Shown: positions 1-9,934 of the stretch, one piece after another
Numbering within the stretch: the stretch's first letter is position 1
How the letters are laid out: every line of letters begins with the position of its first letter
Assembly: GCA_964531325.1 (NCBI GenBank)
Contig: CAZHCW010000018.1
Coordinates: 11,785-75,784, forward strand
DNA from: an uncultured Ignavibacteriaceae bacterium
GTDB taxonomy: Bacteria; Bacteroidota; Ignavibacteria; Ignavibacteriales; Ignavibacteriaceae
Reading direction: 5' to 3'
DNA: 64,000 bases
Program-made: the position numbers and the translations under genes
The notes under the pieces: generated by a model
What the model was told of the DNA's origin: nothing
Database searches by the model: none
Seen by the model: only the letters and a program-made list of their open reading frames with translations

Positions 1-640
1 TAAATACCAGCTCTTCCCCGTCAGCGATAAATACAGTTTTATTGTCTCTATTCTCGATGATTCGTATTGTCATCCCCGGATAAACTTTCTCTGCAATAAT
101 CTGATTATACACATCCACAGGTTCATCTTCGATGTGTGTGATTCTGGCATATGAGTTTTCTTTTGCATCCCGTAAAACTATTCCTTTTCTTGGGGGAATA
201 TTCCCATTTTTGTCGGGTATGGGATCACCATCAGGATCATAAAGTGGATTGCCAAGTCGGGAGGCCAGATGATCAGCCTCTTCTTCACTTATCAGGTGTT
301 CCCTTGCCTCGGCATCTGCGTGCCACATATCCTGTGCCACCCCCGTTTTGTCAGCGAGATAACTCTCCCACAAACGATGAATTCTGATTATTTTAAGGGC
401 ATAACTTCGCCCTTCGGGGGTCATATAGATATTTTCACCCGTCACAGAGATAAGTTTAGAGTTCTCCAAAGATTCTTCAATATTCAATGCCACCCTTCTT
501 GAAACACCCAATGCTCCCGCAAGACTGTCTATTGTGGATGCTCCGTTTTTACTTTCATAATCGTACAGATGTTTTAGAGCATTTTCAAGCTGCTCTTTTT
601 CGAGAAATGCCTTCTGTTTTTTTGATCTAAAAAGATTCAT
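1..640 (-). CDS. DtxR/MntR-family metal-dependent transcriptional regulator; C-terminal end cut by the window edge
   Basis: Absent from the ORF track because no stop lies in the window. The reverse-strand ATG at 640..638 opens a frame reading MNLFRSKKQKAFLEKEQLENALKHLYDYE...ALKIIRIHRLWESYLADKTG...LGNPLYDPDGDPIPDKNG...RITHIEDEP. It shares the RxHRLWE helix and DP-x-G-x-PIPDK motif with the upstream paralog. Its ATG overlaps that gene's TGA (ATGA). Confidence 0.8.
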   Translation of the reverse strand, partial: MNLFRSKKQKAFLEKEQLENALKHLYDYESKNGASTIDSLAGALGVSRRVALNIEESLENSKLISVTGENIYMTPEGRSYALKIIRIHRLWESYLADKTGVAQDMWHADAEAREHLISEEEADHLASRLGNPLYDPDGDPIPDKNGNIPPRKGIVLRDAKENSYARITHIEDEPVDVYNQIIAEKVYPGMTIRIIENRDNKTVFIADGEELVF

Positions 641-1302
641 ATACTGTCCTCAATAAAAAACAGATTGGTTGAAATTTTTTCACTAATATTAAATGAATCT
701 TTACCTACCTGAATCATAGTTGAATTGTCATATGACAATCTTGAGACTATCGTTACCAATTTGTTTAATGATAATCCTATTTCGGTAAAATAATTCATAA
801 GTTCTTTGCTCGAATCGATAACTTTCACCAAACGGTAATCTTTCCCAACCTCACATAGTTGAAGTGGTAAACAATCTGGCAGCTCAGGTAAGTTTCCAAA
901 TTTGTCGGGTATTGGTTCACCATGAGGATCAAATCTTGGAAACCCCAAATATTTGTCCAATTTCTCAATCAGAAATTCTGAAGTCGAGTGTTCCAACACT
1001 TCAGCTTCCGCGTGTACTTCGCTCCATGTCAAACCCAAAACATCCATCAGGAAAAGCTCCCAAAGTCTATGGCGTCTGATTATATGAAGAGCAGTCTTCT
1101 TTCCTTCTTCGGTAAGCGACATTCCCCGATATTTTTCATAATTGAGGAATCCCTGCTCTGAAAGTCGCTGAACCATTTCACTGGTTGCTGCTTTTGAAAC
1201 TTCGAGTTTGTTTGCCACATCAGTTGTGCTAACACTTTTGTCGGGGTATGATTCAAGTTGGTATATAGCTTTGATGTAGTCTTCTTTAGATATTGTCGGC
1301 AT
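637..1302 (-). CDS. DtxR/MntR-family metal-dependent transcriptional regulator with FeoA/SH3-like C-terminal domain
   Basis: 221 aa. N-terminal HTH (TTDVANKLEVSKAATSEMVQRL), then IIRRHRLWELFL and FDPHGEPIPDKFG motifs. The C-terminal YRLVKVIDSS...IQVGKDSFNISEKI segment resembles a FeoA-type domain. Confidence 0.9.
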   Translation of the reverse strand: MPTISKEDYIKAIYQLESYPDKSVSTTDVANKLEVSKAATSEMVQRLSEQGFLNYEKYRGMSLTEEGKKTALHIIRRHRLWELFLMDVLGLTWSEVHAEAEVLEHSTSEFLIEKLDKYLGFPRFDPHGEPIPDKFGNLPELPDCLPLQLCEVGKDYRLVKVIDSSKELMNYFTEIGLSLNKLVTIVSRLSYDNSTMIQVGKDSFNISEKISTNLFFIEDSI

Positions 1303-1329
1303 ATAATTAAGTTTTCTTGTTATTTAAAT

Positions 1330-1348
1330 TTAAGCATTCCTAACTTAA
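1330..1348. promoter_or_regulatory. Candidate DtxR-box-like operator upstream of the DtxR pair
   Basis: TTAAGCATTCCTAACTTAA is 19 bp long and has TTAAG/CTTAA outer arms. By hand alignment it matches the remembered DtxR consensus TTAGGTTAGCCTAACCTAA at 13 of 19 positions, and at 9 of 10 in the right half. It lies 28-46 bp upstream of the ATG at 1302. Confidence 0.35.
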
Positions 1349-1380
1349 TAATCAAGAGTAATTTATTTCTGTTATTGAGG

Positions 1381-1560
1381 GAGTGGTATAGTTCCACGGA
1401 TTATCACAGATTTAGCACGGATTTTCATTGATTTTTTAGGGACGCGGATACACGCAGATTAGGCAGATTTCCGCGGAAGGGGATTTTAAGTTGAACGGGG
1501 ATAATTATGAACCATATCCTCCCCTCTACTTTTAGGAGAGGGGTCGGGGGTGAGGTACGG
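1381..1560 (-). repeat. Dispersed intergenic repeat, family A (phased CRCRGAT heptamers plus CCTC/GAGG hairpin module)
   Basis: Words ccacggat, tcacagat, gcacggat, acgcggat, acgcagat, ggcagat and ccgcggaa recur at ~10-bp spacing. Positions 1441-1470 are the reverse complement of TAATCYGCGTGTATCYGCGTCCC seen at 4400 and 59490. Positions 1518-1558 are the reverse complement of 9627-9665. Confidence 0.75.
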
Positions 1561-1598
1561 ATTTATCGCGGATAACCAATAAATCTCTAAATTTGGGA

Positions 1599-2156
1599 AT
1601 GAAATGGAAAATTTTTGCGAGTATTTTTGTTGTGATGCTCTCAACCGGAGTTAAAGCCCAGTTTATTCAACTCACTAAAGTTGGTGCTGGTGTTGGCTTG
1701 GGTGTTCTAAAGGGAAACACCGCTGAGGAATTTGGTTATTCTCTTCAAGGTTCGGTGGATTTTAAATTATGGTTCTCAGAGAAATATTATTTCCGAACTG
1801 CCGCATTTTATACAAGAAAATTTACAATACTTCTCCCTGAGGACAGATTTGGTAGAAATTACCCTTTCCTGCAAGGCTTTTCCCTCAAATTTATGGGAGA
1901 ACAACTCATTACTCCCCATATTTCGATTGAAGCCGGGGGTGGATTAGCAATAATTAATGACCGTTCTTTTCCGGAAGTTGACAGTTGGTCGCTTGGTAGT
2001 GGAATCTCGTTCCATACAGTTTTTTACTTCTATGATAAAACTATAGAAACCAGGGGACTTTCTCTTCATACAGGAGTTGAATGGAATGTTGGCTTTTTTA
2101 ATACTGTCCCTGAAATGAACGGAATTCAGGCCCAACTCCACTATAATTTTAATTAA
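1599..2156 (+). CDS. Hypothetical exported protein, possibly a small outer-membrane beta-barrel
   Basis: Signal peptide MKWKIFASIFVVMLSTGVKAQ. Alternating hydrophobic pattern rich in G, Y and F. The ATG at 1599 is preferred over the track's TTG at 1593. No family recognised. Confidence 0.5.
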   Translation: MKWKIFASIFVVMLSTGVKAQFIQLTKVGAGVGLGVLKGNTAEEFGYSLQGSVDFKLWFSEKYYFRTAAFYTRKFTILLPEDRFGRNYPFLQGFSLKFMGEQLITPHISIEAGGGLAIINDRSFPEVDSWSLGSGISFHTVFYFYDKTIETRGLSLHTGVEWNVGFFNTVPEMNGIQAQLHYNFN

Positions 2157-4188
2157 TAACTACTTTGCCAAAGAGGATTCCGTTTGTTGTATATACTCTT
2201 ACAAGGTAAGTTCCTGCCGCCCATCCTGATGAATTAACGAAAAAACTCTTCACTCCATCTTCCAAAAAAGAATCTCCCGACACAAAAACTCTCTCTCCTG
2301 TAATGGAAAATATTTCCACCCGGGATATGGTGGTTCTCTCATCCCTCACCGACACAGAAAAATCCCTTTTCGCCGGATTTGGGAAGATCGAAAGCGTAAT
2401 CTGTTTGGTCTCAGGTTTGATTATTTCTTCGTCTTCCACTCCCATAGCCGATTGAACAAATCTCCTTTGAGAGAAACTGAAACTGTTGGTTTTTATATTT
2501 GTCGCCGAAATTCTCAGATTATTAATTGCAATTACTTGCCGGGGAGCTATTGAACTTGTTGCCCTGTAAACAGAAGAATCACAAAGTGTCGATTCAGAGG
2601 TATCAAAAATAAACAGCGGGAAGTTTGAAGCAGTTACAGAGCTGTCCATACTTCGGAATGAGTAAAATGTCGTTCCGTTCCCATACATCCCAAACCTTAG
2701 TCTTCCCTTAAACATAGCCCACAATGCCGAACACATCCTGTTCTCATAAAGGTCAGAATCGTCGAACAAAGTGGGTTGATACGCCAAGTTTGCATCTGTA
2801 TTTAATCCCGTCCCAAAAGTCATTTTGCCTCTGTACGCTGCATAAATATCAGAAATTAAATTATCAGAAAAGCCTGTGGTAAAAAGTTTCCCCGTTTCAC
2901 CAAATGCAAATAGCTTCCAACCCGGTTGTTGAAGTTTGGTTCGTAAAATTCCGCCACAAACAGAACCCGAATTAAGTAGTGGTTTTAATCCGGAAAGATC
3001 ATCCCCGACAACAAACAGAGCCGATGAGCCAGAAAGTGTTGAAGTAAATGCAGTGTCAGTCTCCGAGTTTGAAGAATAATTCAAAATTTCCGCTGAATAT
3101 GAGAGGGATGAAAGTGTTGTTACTAATGAATTCGCCTGAGTAAGATATATCTGGTTTGTTAAAACGACAATTCTGCCCGAATTTATCGTCTGAAGAAATG
3201 TAGATAGTTGATTTGTCCACACATTTGGCTTAAAACCTGAACCTGCCAGAACAATATCAGTCACCGGTACACCGGGAGATGAAATGATAAAGGGTTTAGC
3301 AGATGCAGGGATGGTTTTAATCTGTTTATTGATGAAATCATATTCCCATCCTGCAACAAGCTGATGTGCAAGCAAATTCTCAATGTTATATGCGGGTTGA
3401 TTTGTAGTAATATTGGTAAGTGAATCCACTCGATAAATTGTTACCGCGCCACTCCCCATTACAGTTCCCGTTCCATCAGGCGAAATGCAAATTGCTGTCC
3501 TGTCATCAATTCCAACTATAGTTACATCATCTATCCCATCACTATGCAGCTTTGCAAATAGTGGCACCATTCTCCCCTGTCGTGCTCTTTCGATAACATG
3601 AGTATCAAAAAGTACACCCGGGATAAGTTTTAGAAAGTCACTTTCAACATGTGATTGGTTTATAAATGGATTGGGCAATGCATCATCGGGATAATAAGTA
3701 CCATATTTTGCCGAAAGGTCGTGCTCTCCAAGCACCATCGCTCCCGCTGAAGTACCGGAAATTACTCCACCCCTGTTAAAAACCACTTTGATCGCCTCTT
3801 CCGTCAAGGTTCCTTTCCAGTAGTTGACATAATTGTATTGATTTCCACCTTTAATAAAAACTCCATCCGACGCAACAATCGAGTCGTACATCGCCTGCGA
3901 ATCCGCAAGAGTTCTCGAGTTGATTCTCAGATTATAGGATGTTGATGCACCTAACGATCTAAAATAATCAGGTATCCAGGTGGTTTCCTCATTCACGGAG
4001 AGAACAACAATTTTCCCCGAGTCTGCTTTTTCTACAATCCAACTGTAAGGGGCACGGTTCCAATCATTTGTTCCCTCCGATCCCCCGCCAACAGCACAAA
4101 TATATCCCTGAGGTAATAACTCAACAGTCATCGCCAAAACAAGTACCAAAATCAATAAAATTTTCTTTAAACTCTTTTCCGGTAGCAT
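2149..4188 (-). CDS. Peptidase S51 (cyanophycinase-like) domain protein with T9SS C-terminal sorting domain
   Basis: 679 aa with a signal peptide. The N-terminal AVGGGSEG...IKGGNQYNYV...GGVISGTSAGAMVLG region resembles the S51 Ser-nucleophile motif. The C-terminus LSIFPNPAKRDFSVSV...GTYLVRVYTTNGILFGKVVIN is Por-type. Confidence 0.7.
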   Translation of the reverse strand: MLPEKSLKKILLILVLVLAMTVELLPQGYICAVGGGSEGTNDWNRAPYSWIVEKADSGKIVVLSVNEETTWIPDYFRSLGASTSYNLRINSRTLADSQAMYDSIVASDGVFIKGGNQYNYVNYWKGTLTEEAIKVVFNRGGVISGTSAGAMVLGEHDLSAKYGTYYPDDALPNPFINQSHVESDFLKLIPGVLFDTHVIERARQGRMVPLFAKLHSDGIDDVTIVGIDDRTAICISPDGTGTVMGSGAVTIYRVDSLTNITTNQPAYNIENLLAHQLVAGWEYDFINKQIKTIPASAKPFIISSPGVPVTDIVLAGSGFKPNVWTNQLSTFLQTINSGRIVVLTNQIYLTQANSLVTTLSSLSYSAEILNYSSNSETDTAFTSTLSGSSALFVVGDDLSGLKPLLNSGSVCGGILRTKLQQPGWKLFAFGETGKLFTTGFSDNLISDIYAAYRGKMTFGTGLNTDANLAYQPTLFDDSDLYENRMCSALWAMFKGRLRFGMYGNGTTFYSFRSMDSSVTASNFPLFIFDTSESTLCDSSVYRATSSIAPRQVIAINNLRISATNIKTNSFSFSQRRFVQSAMGVEDEEIIKPETKQITLSIFPNPAKRDFSVSVRDERTTISRVEIFSITGERVFVSGDSFLEDGVKSFFVNSSGWAAGTYLVRVYTTNGILFGKVVIN

Positions 4189-4237
4189 CCGGTCTCCATA
4201 TTTTTAAAAACTCCCGGGTAATATATGGATTTTTGGG

Positions 4238-4325
4238 GAACTTTAGAACTTTAGAACTTCAGAACCTCGGAACTTCAGAACTTTAGAACTTTAGAACTTT
4301 AGAACTTTAGAACTTTAGGACTTTT
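4238..4325. repeat. 8-bp tandem repeat (GAACTTTA)x11, copy 1
   Basis: Eleven head-to-tail 8-mers were counted by hand. Units 3-5 and 11 are variants (gaacttca, gaacctcg, gaacttca, ggactttt). The array starts 50 bp upstream of the minus-strand start at 4188. Confidence 0.95.
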
Positions 4326-4349
4326 GTGACTTGAGTATTTAATAACTCA

Positions 4350-4470
4350 TTCGCGTAACTTTCCCCCTCCGTGAAACTTTTAAAAATCCCTCTCTGCGTT
4401 ACTCAGTCTAATCCGCGTGTATCTGCGTCCCCCTTCCCTGCTCCGCATCACCTCTTCACCTCTATTGATA
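4350..4470 (+). repeat. Dispersed intergenic repeat, family A
   Basis: Contains ctccgtg, ctctgcg and GTCTAATCCGCGTGTATCTGCGTCCCCC, which nearly matches 59487-59512 and the reverse complement of 1441-1470. Confidence 0.7.
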
Positions 4471-4551
4471 CAAAGATTCCGGTATTATCCATGTCCTTTT
4501 TATTTTTTAACTTTGTAGTTACAAAAATTTAAAATTCCGCAACGGAGATAA

Positions 4552-6345
4552 ATGAATCACATCAGAAACTTCTGTATAATTGCACACATTGACCATGGTA
4601 AAAGTACCATAGCCGACAGATTGCTCGAAACCACCGGCACGGTAAGCGATCGTGAAGCCAAAGCTCAAATCCTCGACAGTATGGACCTGGAAAGAGAACG
4701 CGGTATTACAATTAAATCGCACGCAATACAGATGGAATATAAGGCTAACGACGGTTTTAATTATGTCTTAAATCTGATTGATACTCCGGGGCATGTCGAT
4801 TTCACTTATGAAGTTTCCAGATCCCTTGCTGCATGTGAAGGTGCACTCCTGATAGTTGATGCATCTCAGGGAGTTGAAGCCCAGACAATATCAAATCTCT
4901 ATCTGGCAATAGGTTCGGGACTTGAAATAATCCCCGTTCTCAACAAAATTGATCTTCCCGGTGCCGAGCCGGAAAGGATCGCTCAACAGGTGATCGATCT
5001 TCTCGGTTGCAACAAAGAGGATTTGATCTATGCGAGTGCGAAGGCAAAAATTGGTATCAAAGAAATTCTCGAAGCCGTTGTCGCTAAGATTCCCCCTCCA
5101 AAAGGTGATCCGGATAAACCGCTTCAGGCATTGATCTTCGACTCCGTTTTTGATCCTTATCGTGGTGCTATCGCCTATGTTAGAGTGATGAATGGTGTGA
5201 TCAAAGAAAAAGAGAAAATGCGCTTTTTCGCCCACGACAAAGAATATATCGCTGAAGAAGTGGGTACACTGCGTCTCGGTAAAATCCGTACCGGACAGAT
5301 AACTGCCGGTAGTGTTGGCTACATTGTTGGTGGAATTAAAGATGTTAAAGATACCAAAGTGGGTGATACAATCACACATGCCAAAGGCGGAGCCACCGAT
5401 CCCCTCCCGGGTTATCAGGAGATAAAACCGATGGTATATAGCGGTCTTTATCCCACTAACACGGAAGATTTTGAAGACCTGAGGGATGCTCTCGACAAAT
5501 ATATTTTAAATGATGCATCACTTATATATGAACCTGAAACCTCTGTTGCTCTCGGGTTTGGATTCAGATGTGGCTTCTTGGGCCTCCTCCACATGGAGAT
5601 TGTTCAGGAAAGACTTTTCAGAGAGTTTGACCAGGCAATTATCACCACGCTCCCCAATGTGGAATATGTGGTTTATAAACGAAACGGCGAAAAAGTTATT
5701 GTCGATAACCCCGATCACATGCCTCCTGTCGGAGATATTGATCTCATCGAAGAACCGTATGTAAAAGCACAGATTGTTACCCCAAGTGAATATGTTGGCG
5801 GTATCATGAAACTTGCCATGGATAAAAGGGGAATTTATAAAAATACGACATACATCGATCCCACAAGAGCCGATTTAAGTTTTGAGTTTCCACTTGCTGA
5901 AATCATTTTTGATTTCTACGACAAATTAAAGTCAATTTCCAGAGGTTATGCATCCTTCGATTATGAGTTAATCGGCTATCAGGAATCAGACTTGATAAAG
6001 CTTGATATTCTCTTGAATGCAGAGCCTGTTGATGCTCTATCGATGATTGTGCACCGCTCGAAATCTTACGACTGGGGCAGAAAAGTCTGTGACAAACTAA
6101 AAGACCTGATCCCAAGACAATTATTTGAGATTTCGATTCAAGCTGCTATTGGAAGCAAAGTAATCTCCCGTTCCACAGTAAAAGCGATGCGTAAAAATGT
6201 TATTGCCAAGTGTTACGGTGGCGACATTTCCCGTAAGAGAAAACTCTTAGAGAAACAAAAAGAAGGTAAGAAGCGGATGAAACAGGTAGGCAATGTTGAA
6301 ATACCTCAGGAAGCTTTCCTCGCCGTTTTACAGATTGAAGATTGA
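4552..6345 (+). CDS. lepA: Elongation factor 4 (LepA)
   Basis: 597 aa. [23 protein letters not shown]1 motif, [13 protein letters not shown], and the conserved LepA C-terminus ...[24 protein letters not shown]. Confidence 0.97.
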   Translation: MNHIRNFCIIAHIDHGKSTIADRLLETTGTVSDREAKAQILDSMDLERERGITIKSHAIQMEYKANDGFNYVLNLIDTPGHVDFTYEVSRSLAACEGALLIVDASQGVEAQTISNLYLAIGSGLEIIPVLNKIDLPGAEPERIAQQVIDLLGCNKEDLIYASAKAKIGIKEILEAVVAKIPPPKGDPDKPLQALIFDSVFDPYRGAIAYVRVMNGVIKEKEKMRFFAHDKEYIAEEVGTLRLGKIRTGQITAGSVGYIVGGIKDVKDTKVGDTITHAKGGATDPLPGYQEIKPMVYSGLYPTNTEDFEDLRDALDKYILNDASLIYEPETSVALGFGFRCGFLGLLHMEIVQERLFREFDQAIITTLPNVEYVVYKRNGEKVIVDNPDHMPPVGDIDLIEEPYVKAQIVTPSEYVGGIMKLAMDKRGIYKNTTYIDPTRADLSFEFPLAEIIFDFYDKLKSISRGYASFDYELIGYQESDLIKLDILLNAEPVDALSMIVHRSKSYDWGRKVCDKLKDLIPRQLFEISIQAAIGSKVISRSTVKAMRKNVIAKCYGGDISRKRKLLEKQKEGKKRMKQVGNVEIPQEAFLAVLQIED

Positions 6346-7187
6346 AAATATCAGATCGAAAATTTTACGGAAGACTGTTCTTTGTAATAGCAGTTGTTTT
6401 TCTTCTGATTATATCGGTACGCCTCTTCATAATCTCAACTTACAAAATAACCACCAACTCAATGGAGGCCACCCTTGAACCGGGTGATTTTATAGTAGTT
6501 TACAAGTTTGGATATACACGACAGGAACCCGTTTATATCCCCCTTACCAACCTCTCTCTCCCCTTTACAACCTGGGGTGGCTCAGCCAAACCGGAAAAAA
6601 ACTCGGTGATCGTCTTCAAATTTCCTGAAGGAAAAAAGGATGACAGATTAAATCCCGTGTATGTTAAAAGACTAATAGCTCTTCCCGGAGATACAATCAA
6701 AATTGTTTCGGGTGAAGTTTTTGTGAATGGTGTGAAACAACCCCGACCACCTCTGATGAGGCAATCAAAAATAAAATCGAAAGATGACGGCAGTTCACAG
6801 ATATTTCCCGGTGATGACGACTGGAACGAAGACAACTATGGACCACTCTACATTCCCAAAAAAGGTGATACCATTGAAGTCAACCTGGCGAATTATTCTC
6901 AATGGGAGGATATAATTAAAAAGGAGCAGGGAGACACTTCTTTAACGGTTTCAGGGCATAAATTCCTCTTAAACGGGAAAGAAATAAATAGTTATATTGT
7001 ACAAACTGATTATTATTTTGTAATGGGCGACAACCGTGACAATAGCCTCGACAGCCGGTTTTGGGGATATGTCCCCTATGATTATATCATCGGTGAAGTA
7101 TCTTTTATTTATTGGTCAGTTGATCCTTTCTCAACAGGTTCGTTTCCACAAATCAAATTCAACAGGTTCTTTAAAACGATAAACTAA
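6342..7187 (+). CDS. lepB: Signal peptidase I
   Basis: N-terminal transmembrane helix, catalytic-Ser box [21 protein letters not shown] and [17 protein letters not shown] boxes. A TTG start overlaps the lepA stop, and no upstream ATG precedes the transmembrane helix. Confidence 0.92.
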   Translation: MKISDRKFYGRLFFVIAVVFLLIISVRLFIISTYKITTNSMEATLEPGDFIVVYKFGYTRQEPVYIPLTNLSLPFTTWGGSAKPEKNSVIVFKFPEGKKDDRLNPVYVKRLIALPGDTIKIVSGEVFVNGVKQPRPPLMRQSKIKSKDDGSSQIFPGDDDWNEDNYGPLYIPKKGDTIEVNLANYSQWEDIIKKEQGDTSLTVSGHKFLLNGKEINSYIVQTDYYFVMGDNRDNSLDSRFWGYVPYDYIIGEVSFIYWSVDPFSTGSFPQIKFNRFFKTIN

Positions 7188-7196
7188 GGTTTTATC

Positions 7197-9239
7197 ATGA
7201 AAAATCTCCTCCTGCTCATCGCTCTTGTTATTATTTTACCATCCAGCCTCTCAGCTCAGGATAATTATATGGTGTTCCTGAAAAACAAAGGCTTCACCGG
7301 TGAATTCTCACACGGAAGTTTCCTGTGGTCATTGGCTGGCTCTACTCTCTCGAGCGAAAGCATCAACAGACGAATAAAACACCTCGGTGAAAAATACTAC
7401 CTTTCGGAGCAGGATATCCCCGTCTCCGCAGAATATATAGCAAAACTTGAATTGACAGGCGCCAAAATTCGCTGGAATCTAAAATGGTTCGATTGTATTT
7501 CTGTTACCGCCGATGCTACAACTCTTGATAAAATAAAAAAACTTGATTTTGTCAGTTATGTACGCCCCGTCATAAAAATTAAAGTCCCACTTGAATTTAG
7601 AAATCCCTTAAATCCCATTGAAGATGATGCCCTGGCTTCCCTCTCCGGAAAGGCTACTACTCCTGACTTTATACCTAATACCTCATACTTTATACCTGAT
7701 AATTATTCAGAGTCAGACCAAAAACTTTACGGCGGGTCTTACACACAGTATAAGATTTCGGATGTACCCGAAGTTAACAGAATGGGTGCTACCGGGAAAG
7801 GTGTGAGGATTGGTGTTCTCGATTCGGGTTTTGACTGGCAAAAACATGAAGCTCTCAAAACGAGAAAGGTTATCGCTGAATACGACTTTGTAAAAAAAGA
7901 TAAAGTAACTGCCAACCAGGAGGGTGACCCTGCCGGCCAACATGGTCATGGTACATTCTGTTTTTCGGTCTGTGGTGGATTCTTCGAAGGAAAACTTGTT
8001 GGTCCTTCTCACGATGCATCCTTTGTTCTGGCAAAAACCGAAACCACTGAATTTGAAAGAATGGTTGAAGAAGATAACTATGCCGCTGCAATTCAATGGA
8101 TGGACAGTATTGGCGTGGATATCACTACCAGTTCACTCGGCTACACTGTTTTTGATGATGCCACCTACAGATATGAAGACCTGACCGGAAATACTGCAAT
8201 CTGTACAAAAGCGATCAATTATGCATTTTCAAAAGGTATTTTAACTTTTACTGCAGCAGGGAATTCTGCAAATGACCCCTGGTTTTATGTTTCAACCCCC
8301 GGCGATGGATATGAAGCTTTGGCAATTGGGGCAGTTACAAAAAATCGTGAAATTGCAGACTTTTCTTCAGGTGGCCCCACTGCCGATGGAAGGATTAAAC
8401 CTGATTTTTCTGCCGCAGGGGTTTCAGTTTTTGGTGCACTTGCATCCTCAAAAAACAAATTTGAAAGATCAAACGGTACTTCAGCCGCAACTCCTATAGC
8501 GGCCGGGATAGGTGGACAACTACTCTCACTCTTTCCACATCTGAAAAACACTCAGGCAAGATTTATCCTGCGCTATACCTCTGATCAAAGAATGATGCCT
8601 GATAACCTTTTTGGATATGGCCTCGTTTCAGCTCTCGAAGCCGTAACCTATCCAAATCTTGAAAAGGAGAGGAACGGGACATGGTCGCTGCACAAACGGT
8701 TTAGAGACAAAGTAAGAGCTAAAAGTGTTTATCTGGTTTACAAAACGGGATATGGCAAAACTGATCGTATCCAGATGAATCAACTTGAGGATCAACACTA
8801 TAAAGTGAATCTTCCAAAAGTGGCAGACAAAGAGGCATTTGAGTTTTGGTTTGATGCGGGTGAATCAACTAATGGTGTAAATTTCCCTTCAACCGGTAGA
8901 AAATATTATACCCTTCCCGACAACGAAAATGTTTATACATCAGTTCCGACAAAAATTAACCTCAATAAATTTGCGAAAGAAAAAGCAGTAAAATTTACAG
9001 GGGTGAATCCAAGAATTTATGTCAAATTTAAAAGCGGTGCAAAATCAACCGTCGTGGTAATCAAAGATATCGCAGGAAATATTGTTTCCTCAATCCCGGT
9101 TGCTGATCTTCACTATGACAACAGAATTATCTGGGATGGTAAAAACTTTTCCGGAAAACGGGTACCTGTTGGAATTTATTCCTCAACAGTAATGATTGAT
9201 GGAAGACCGGGCGGAAAACAGATATTTTTTAGAAGGTGA
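7197..9239 (+). CDS. Secreted S8 (subtilisin-like) serine peptidase with FlgD-Ig-like C-terminal domain
   Basis: Signal peptide. Catalytic triad contexts GVRIGVLDSGFD, HGHGTFCFS and SNGTSAATPIAAG. The C-terminal ~70 aa (VVVIKDIAGNIV...IWDGKNFSGKRVPVGIYSSTV) resemble the C-terminus of the 25361..28606 protein. Confidence 0.9.
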   Translation: MKNLLLLIALVIILPSSLSAQDNYMVFLKNKGFTGEFSHGSFLWSLAGSTLSSESINRRIKHLGEKYYLSEQDIPVSAEYIAKLELTGAKIRWNLKWFDCISVTADATTLDKIKKLDFVSYVRPVIKIKVPLEFRNPLNPIEDDALASLSGKATTPDFIPNTSYFIPDNYSESDQKLYGGSYTQYKISDVPEVNRMGATGKGVRIGVLDSGFDWQKHEALKTRKVIAEYDFVKKDKVTANQEGDPAGQHGHGTFCFSVCGGFFEGKLVGPSHDASFVLAKTETTEFERMVEEDNYAAAIQWMDSIGVDITTSSLGYTVFDDATYRYEDLTGNTAICTKAINYAFSKGILTFTAAGNSANDPWFYVSTPGDGYEALAIGAVTKNREIADFSSGGPTADGRIKPDFSAAGVSVFGALASSKNKFERSNGTSAATPIAAGIGGQLLSLFPHLKNTQARFILRYTSDQRMMPDNLFGYGLVSALEAVTYPNLEKERNGTWSLHKRFRDKVRAKSVYLVYKTGYGKTDRIQMNQLEDQHYKVNLPKVADKEAFEFWFDAGESTNGVNFPSTGRKYYTLPDNENVYTSVPTKINLNKFAKEKAVKFTGVNPRIYVKFKSGAKSTVVVIKDIAGNIVSSIPVADLHYDNRIIWDGKNFSGKRVPVGIYSSTVMIDGRPGGKQIFFRR

Positions 9240-9362
9240 TTCAGGCAGGATAAAAAAAACCTGAAAGCGTAGTCAATACTTTATCTCAAAGTTGTGGAAG
9301 TCTAGAAGTTCAATTACTTCATCATTCCCAAATAAGACAGCGCTTTCAGGAAATTATTGGAT

Positions 9363-9515
9363 CAAAGGGACTACTGATAAAGTGTGCCTCCTCTGTTTGT
9401 TTTTAAAGATACTAATTCAAAGGGACTACTGATAAAGCTTGCCTCCTCTGTTGTTTTTAAAAGTCTGTTTAAAAGGGACTACTGATAAAGATTGCCTCCT
9501 TTGTTTGTTTTTGAT
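9363..9515 (+). repeat. Three tandem ~54-bp repeats
   Basis: The core AAAGGGACTACTGATAAAG-nnn-GCCTCCTYTGTTTGTTTTT occurs three times. The GGG of each copy starts at 9367, 9422 and 9475. Confidence 0.9.
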
Positions 9516-9619
9516 AAATCGAATCAAACTCACAAACCCGAATTCAACTTACAAAATTATTTCATTAATGTCAAGCACATTTAAACTATATTATTGAATA
9601 AAATCCGAGGCATCTTTGA

Positions 9620-9790
9620 ATTCGGACCTCACCCCCGGATCCTCTCCTAAAATGAGAGGGGTGGATTACGATTGAAAATAAATCCGCGATAATCCGTTTC
9701 ATCCGCGTTCTATCCTCCTGTTTCGTTTTGCAGACGGCAATCGGGACGATTACCACTCCTCACACTTGCGCTAAAAATCCGCGATCTATC
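9620..9790 (+). repeat. Dispersed intergenic repeat, family A (hairpin module, heptamers and a 45-bp module shared with 57438)
   Basis: cctcacccccggatcctctcctaaaatgagagggg is followed by aatccgcg, aatccgtt and catccgcg. Then gacggcaatcgggacgattaccactcctcacact is identical to 57438-57471. Confidence 0.8.
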
Positions 9791-9934
9791 AAACATTATT
9801 GGATTACTGCATTATTGGATTATCATGAAGACCTGCGTTTCATCACAACTTTTTCACATTTTAAGATAGTTATTGTTTCTCAAATAAATTATTATTAGAT
9901 TCCTTACATACAAAACTGAAGTTTGGATCTGTAC

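Noticed and set aside
4891-5379. 162-aa antisense ORF inside lepA. Similar antisense or off-frame ORFs occur elsewhere, for example 58160..58495 and 58511..59044 in the TRAP large permease, 25196..25927, 23402..23914, 34859..35428, 42316..42825 and 11681..12076.
   Set aside because: They lie entirely within confidently identified genes on the other strand or in another frame. They have low-complexity or odd composition and no recognisable motifs. They are shadow ORFs.
9363-9515. Possible CRISPR array. Tandem ~54-bp repeats occur here and at 20587..20675 and 57227..57324.
   Set aside because: Only 2-3 units are present. The 'spacers' are 13-18 bp and are themselves partly conserved between units. 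No cas genes or leader lie in the window.
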